Source of the DNA: Octopus bimaculoides
Taxonomy: Eukaryota
Assembly: GCF_001194135.2 (NCBI RefSeq)
Contig: NC_068995.1
Location: 28,828,358 to 28,867,111, forward strand
Direction of reading: 5' to 3'
Length of the DNA: 38,754 nucleotides
The notes under the pieces: model-generated
What the model saw: the letters and a program-made list of their open reading frames with translations, nothing else
What the model was told of the DNA's origin: nothing
Database searches by the model: none
Shown: positions 35,198-38,754 of the stretch, in pieces
Position numbering within the stretch: position 1 is the first letter of the stretch
Layout of the letters: each line of letters begins with the position of its first letter
Position numbers and translations under genes: made by a program

Positions 35198-35321
35198 GAA
35201 GGCGGCGAGCTGGAAGAATCGTTAGCACACCGTGCGAAATGCTTAGCGGCATTTCGTCTGCCGTTAAGTTTTAAGTTCAAATTCCGGCGAGGTCGACTTA
35301 GCCTTTCATCCTTCCAGAATC
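35198..35321 (+). mobile_element. SINE family 2 head running into a gap
   Basis: gaaggcggcgagctggaagaatcgttagc...aagttcaaattccggcgaggtcgac. Confidence 0.85.
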
Positions 35322-36140
35322 NNNNNNNNNNNNNNNNNNNNNNNNNNNNNNNNNNNNNNNNNNNNNNNNNNNNNNNNNNNNNNNNNNNNNNNNNNNNNNN
35401 NNNNNNNNNNNNNNNNNNNNNNNNNNNNNNNNNNNNNNNNNNNNNNNNNNNNNNNNNNNNNNNNNNNNNNNNNNNNNNNNNNNNNNNNNNNNNNNNNNNN
35501 NNNNNNNNNNNNNNNNNNNNNNNNNNNNNNNNNNNNNNNNNNNNNNNNNNNNNNNNNNNNNNNNNNNNNNNNNNNNNNNNNNNNNNNNNNNNNNNNNNNN
35601 NNNNNNNNNNNNNNNNNNNNNNNNNNNNNNNNNNNNNNNNNNNNNNNNNNNNNNNNNNNNNNNNNNNNNNNNNNNNNNNNNNNNNNNNNNNNNNNNNNNN
35701 NNNNNNNNNNNNNNNNNNNNNNNNNNNNNNNNNNNNNNNNNNNNNNNNNNNNNNNNNNNNNNNNNNNNNNNNNNNNNNNNNNNNNNNNNNNNNNNNNNNN
35801 NNNNNNNNNNNNNNNNNNNNNNNNNNNNNNNNNNNNNNNNNNNNNNNNNNNNNNNNNNNNNNNNNNNNNNNNNNNNNNNNNNNNNNNNNNNNNNNNNNNN
35901 NNNNNNNNNNNNNNNNNNNNNNNNNNNNNNNNNNNNNNNNNNNNNNNNNNNNNNNNNNNNNNNNNNNNNNNNNNNNNNNNNNNNNNNNNNNNNNNNNNNN
36001 NNNNNNNNNNNNNNNNNNNNNNNNNNNNNNNNNNNNNNNNNNNNNNNNNNNNNNNNNNNNNNNNNNNNNNNNNNNNNNNNNNNNNNNNNNNNNNNNNNNN
36101 NNNNNNNNNNNNNNNNNNNNNNNNNNNNNNNNNNNNNCAG

Positions 36141-36169
<29 letters not shown>

Positions 36170-36187
<18 letters not shown>

Positions 36188-36590
36188 CGACGGGCTTCTT
36201 TCAGTCTCCGTCTACAAATCCACTCACAAGGCTTTGGTCGGCACGAAGCTATAGTAGAAGACACTTGCCCAAGGTGCCACGCAGTGGGGCTGAATCTGGA
36301 ATCATGTGGTTGGTAAGCAAACTACTTACCACACAGCCACTCCTGCGCCTTTGATTAATTTTAATATATATACATATGGTTCATATGTACAGAAAACAAA
36401 AGACAGAGACAAGTGATTGAACAAGAAGGTGAATTAGTTTCTTCCAGCTTCTGTCACCCAAAACTACTCACAAGGCTTTAGTTGGCCCGAGATTATAGTA
36501 GAAGTCTCGCCCGAGGTGTCACGCAGTGGAACTGGAACGGGAGCTATGTGATTGAAAAGCAGGCTTCTTACCACGCAGCCACGCCTGTAT
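36170..36590 (-). mobile_element. Two SINE family 1 heads in tandem (36170-36348 and 36445-36590)
   Basis: Both are reverse complements of the family 1 head; the second is more diverged. Confidence 0.8.
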
Positions 36591-37892
36591 CTACATAAAT
36601 CTTGTATGCACTTGTCACTGACTAGTTTTATGATAGAAAGAAATTTATTTTGAGCTAAGTTGTAGCCATTGTGAAACTGAGCAATCTATTCGTTGCATTT
36701 GTGGCATTTGGTATAGAGCTGATTTGATGAAGTCAAATAGCAAGATTCTTTCATTCAATAAGTATTTGTAAAATATAAAAAAGGATTATAGAGTGAACCA
36801 AAATAATTAACATTACAGAGCTAATGAAACTGAACAATCCTTCGAATATAATGACGAAGAAGTGGTTTGTTAGCTAATGTGTAACAAGGAGTGCGAAGAT
36901 TGCTGCCGCCGAATTGGTACTAAAGGTATATTTCAGGAGACACAAATTGAAATCTAACAGGAACATTATGATAAAAACTTATTGATGTGGAATTCAAAAT
37001 TGTGTAATTCTAGACAAAAAACCTGAAGTAACAACTGTTAAAGTTATATTATTTCCATACAGTAAACATTATTTTTCTTGGAGATTTGCTAACCCTAACT
37101 TAATGTGATTGAATTTGAACATAAGTTACCCGCCATTTACATTGATATGCTCCATTTCTCTTCCCATATTATATTCCTGGAACAACATGATGTCCTCAGC
37201 AAAACACTCACAGCTTGATGTTGCTGCCAACGGAAGGTATTGCATATAATTATCGCACCAATATGTTTATTTTCCTAGGTTTTTAAATGGACTGTATAAA
37301 TGATTCATCTGGATATTTAGAAATAATGTTCTACCTATTTCCTCTTTTGGCATACCAGGTGGTGTTTTTCTTATTTCATAATTACAGAATTCCTTTATGG
37401 AAATATGTATAACTGTTTTGTTAATTGCAACTGTTGAAAACTTGTCTCTTAACAGATTAATTTGATTCTTAAAATGGCATAGAAGCAAACACTTTACAAC
37501 CATATCCACTTACATACGAATGAGTGGAAGTAGTGATATACATTTCTAAGTTATAGTTCAAGTAAGGAAACGCCCTTCTAACAGAAAACCGATTTAAGTC
37601 TACATCAAACAGCGAGGCCGGATGATTTCCACAACGCTTCATACATAGACATATTTAAAACGTATGAACAAAAACAAATGCTAAAATATTAAATCCTGGT
37701 TTCTGGAAGTCAGTAATTGTTTATAAACAAGAGAGACATGTTTATAGGTTTCATACAAAATATATAATCTTGGCATAAAGATGGTTCCTTGTTGTTAAGA
37801 TTCAGACGATAACTCGTTATATTCAACAATCTTTTATGTTTAAATGAGAAATGTATGCAGCAGCAGCAGCAGTATCAGCAACAACAACAACA

Positions 37893-38245
37893 ACGAATGC
37901 CCTGATGCAATACTGACTCGCATGGCTTCTCATCTTAACTGATTGGAAGTGTTATCATGTACATGTTCTATCTTGGTGTAAAAGATGGGCTTCAACAAAT
38001 ATTCTGCTCAATACTACAGATTTGCTTTTCACCTGTTTGACATTAACCGGTTGTGTATGTCCGTTGATGGCTGACGATATGTGTATCTCTGATCACGAAC
38101 AGAAGTAGTAGGGGAGCATCATAGCCATATGTTGAGAGGAATTCTTTGGAGTTTGAATAATTCACCGCTGGAAATATGGGTGTTTCGTTCAACATCCTTA
38201 AACAACCCTTATTGAGGGAACTTTTGTGCGAGATGGGCTACTCGC
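37893..38245 (-). mobile_element. Retroposon 3' end with (GTT/GCT)n tail, unclassified
   Basis: Non-coding segment ending on the minus strand in ATCAGGGCATTC-(GTT)n-(GCT)n; recalled as an abundant octopus dispersed repeat, family not assigned. Confidence 0.45.
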
Positions 38246-38249
38246 TCAA

Positions 38250-38403
38250 AAGTTGGGGGTAAAGAGCATCGAAGGCCGGATATAATAACCTTTAGGAGGG
38301 ACAAGCAAGAGTGCCTAATAATTGACGTGGCAGTGTCAGGAGATCAACGTATTATCATGAAAGAAAGAGAAAAGAGTAATAAATATGGCGACCTGAGAAT
38401 TGA
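38250..38403 (+). mobile_element. R4/Dong-clade LINE, restriction-like endonuclease fragment
   Basis: KEHRRPDIITFRRDKQECLIIDVAVSGDQRIIMKEREKSNKYGDLRI contains the PD..D...K RLE motif. Confidence 0.85.
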
Positions 38404-38415
38404 NNNNNNNNNNAC

Positions 38416-38419
<4 letters not shown>

Positions 38420-38491
<72 letters not shown>

Positions 38492-38492
38492 C

Positions 38493-38536
<44 letters not shown>
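38420..38536. repeat. (AAT)n microsatellite between two R4/Dong fragments
   Basis: Directly visible. Confidence 0.97.
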
Positions 38537-38537
<1 letters not shown>

Positions 38538-38754
38538 TCTGTAAGTATGAGAACATGGAGAACCACACTGACGTTGAACAATGACAATGAATCTCTAAAT
38601 GCTGGAGATGTAAGAATTTCATGTGGCATTTTCCAGGGTGACTCACTATCACCACTCCTCTTCTGTCTAGCCCTAATACCGCTCTCAAAATTGCTCAATG
38701 ATGCACAGTATGGTTATAAAATATCTGATAAAAATATAAATCATCTCATTTACA
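38537..38754 (+). mobile_element. R4/Dong-clade LINE, 5'-truncated RT, open to window end
   Basis: SVSMRTWRTTLTLNNDNESLNAGDVRISCGIFQGDSLSPLLFCLALIPLSKLLNDAQYGYKISDKNINHLIY; GIFQGDSLSPLLF is the R4/Dong RT motif. Abuts the (AAT)n tract. Confidence 0.88.

Noticed and set aside
37100-37510. Minus-strand frame ...EIRKTPPGMPKEEIGRTL resembling the ORF1 at 8292
   Set aside because: Similarity limited to a PPG..E.IG motif; no zinc knuckle found.
1-38754. CRISPR array or other prokaryotic system; genuine tRNA genes
   Set aside because: Sequence is eukaryotic; recurring repeats are dispersed SINEs with tails and target duplications, and their tRNA-like heads do not form complete cloverleaves.

Overview
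Eukaryotic, AT-rich, microsatellite- and transposon-dense DNA with 11 assembly gaps. The SINE families and repeat content point to an octopod cephalopod (inference). The only host coding sequence I can support is one internal exon of a Wnt gene, most like WntA (minus strand, 15915-16171, clean AG/GT boundaries); the rest of the window is probably its introns or flanks. That space holds decayed mobile elements: tRNA-derived SINEs of two families, a piggyBac, three mariner fragments, an RTE LINE, an L1/Tx1-type ORF1, three Penelope-like elements, two R4/Dong fragments and Helitron pieces. Not visible in the ORF track are three degenerate minimal hammerhead ribozymes linked to Penelope-like sequence, one overlapped by a 40-bp fold-back, and a histone H4 pseudogene fragment just downstream of that ribozyme. 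I see no prokaryotic-type system and no convincingly new multi-gene system. The long ORFs in the track are artefacts of N runs and microsatellites.
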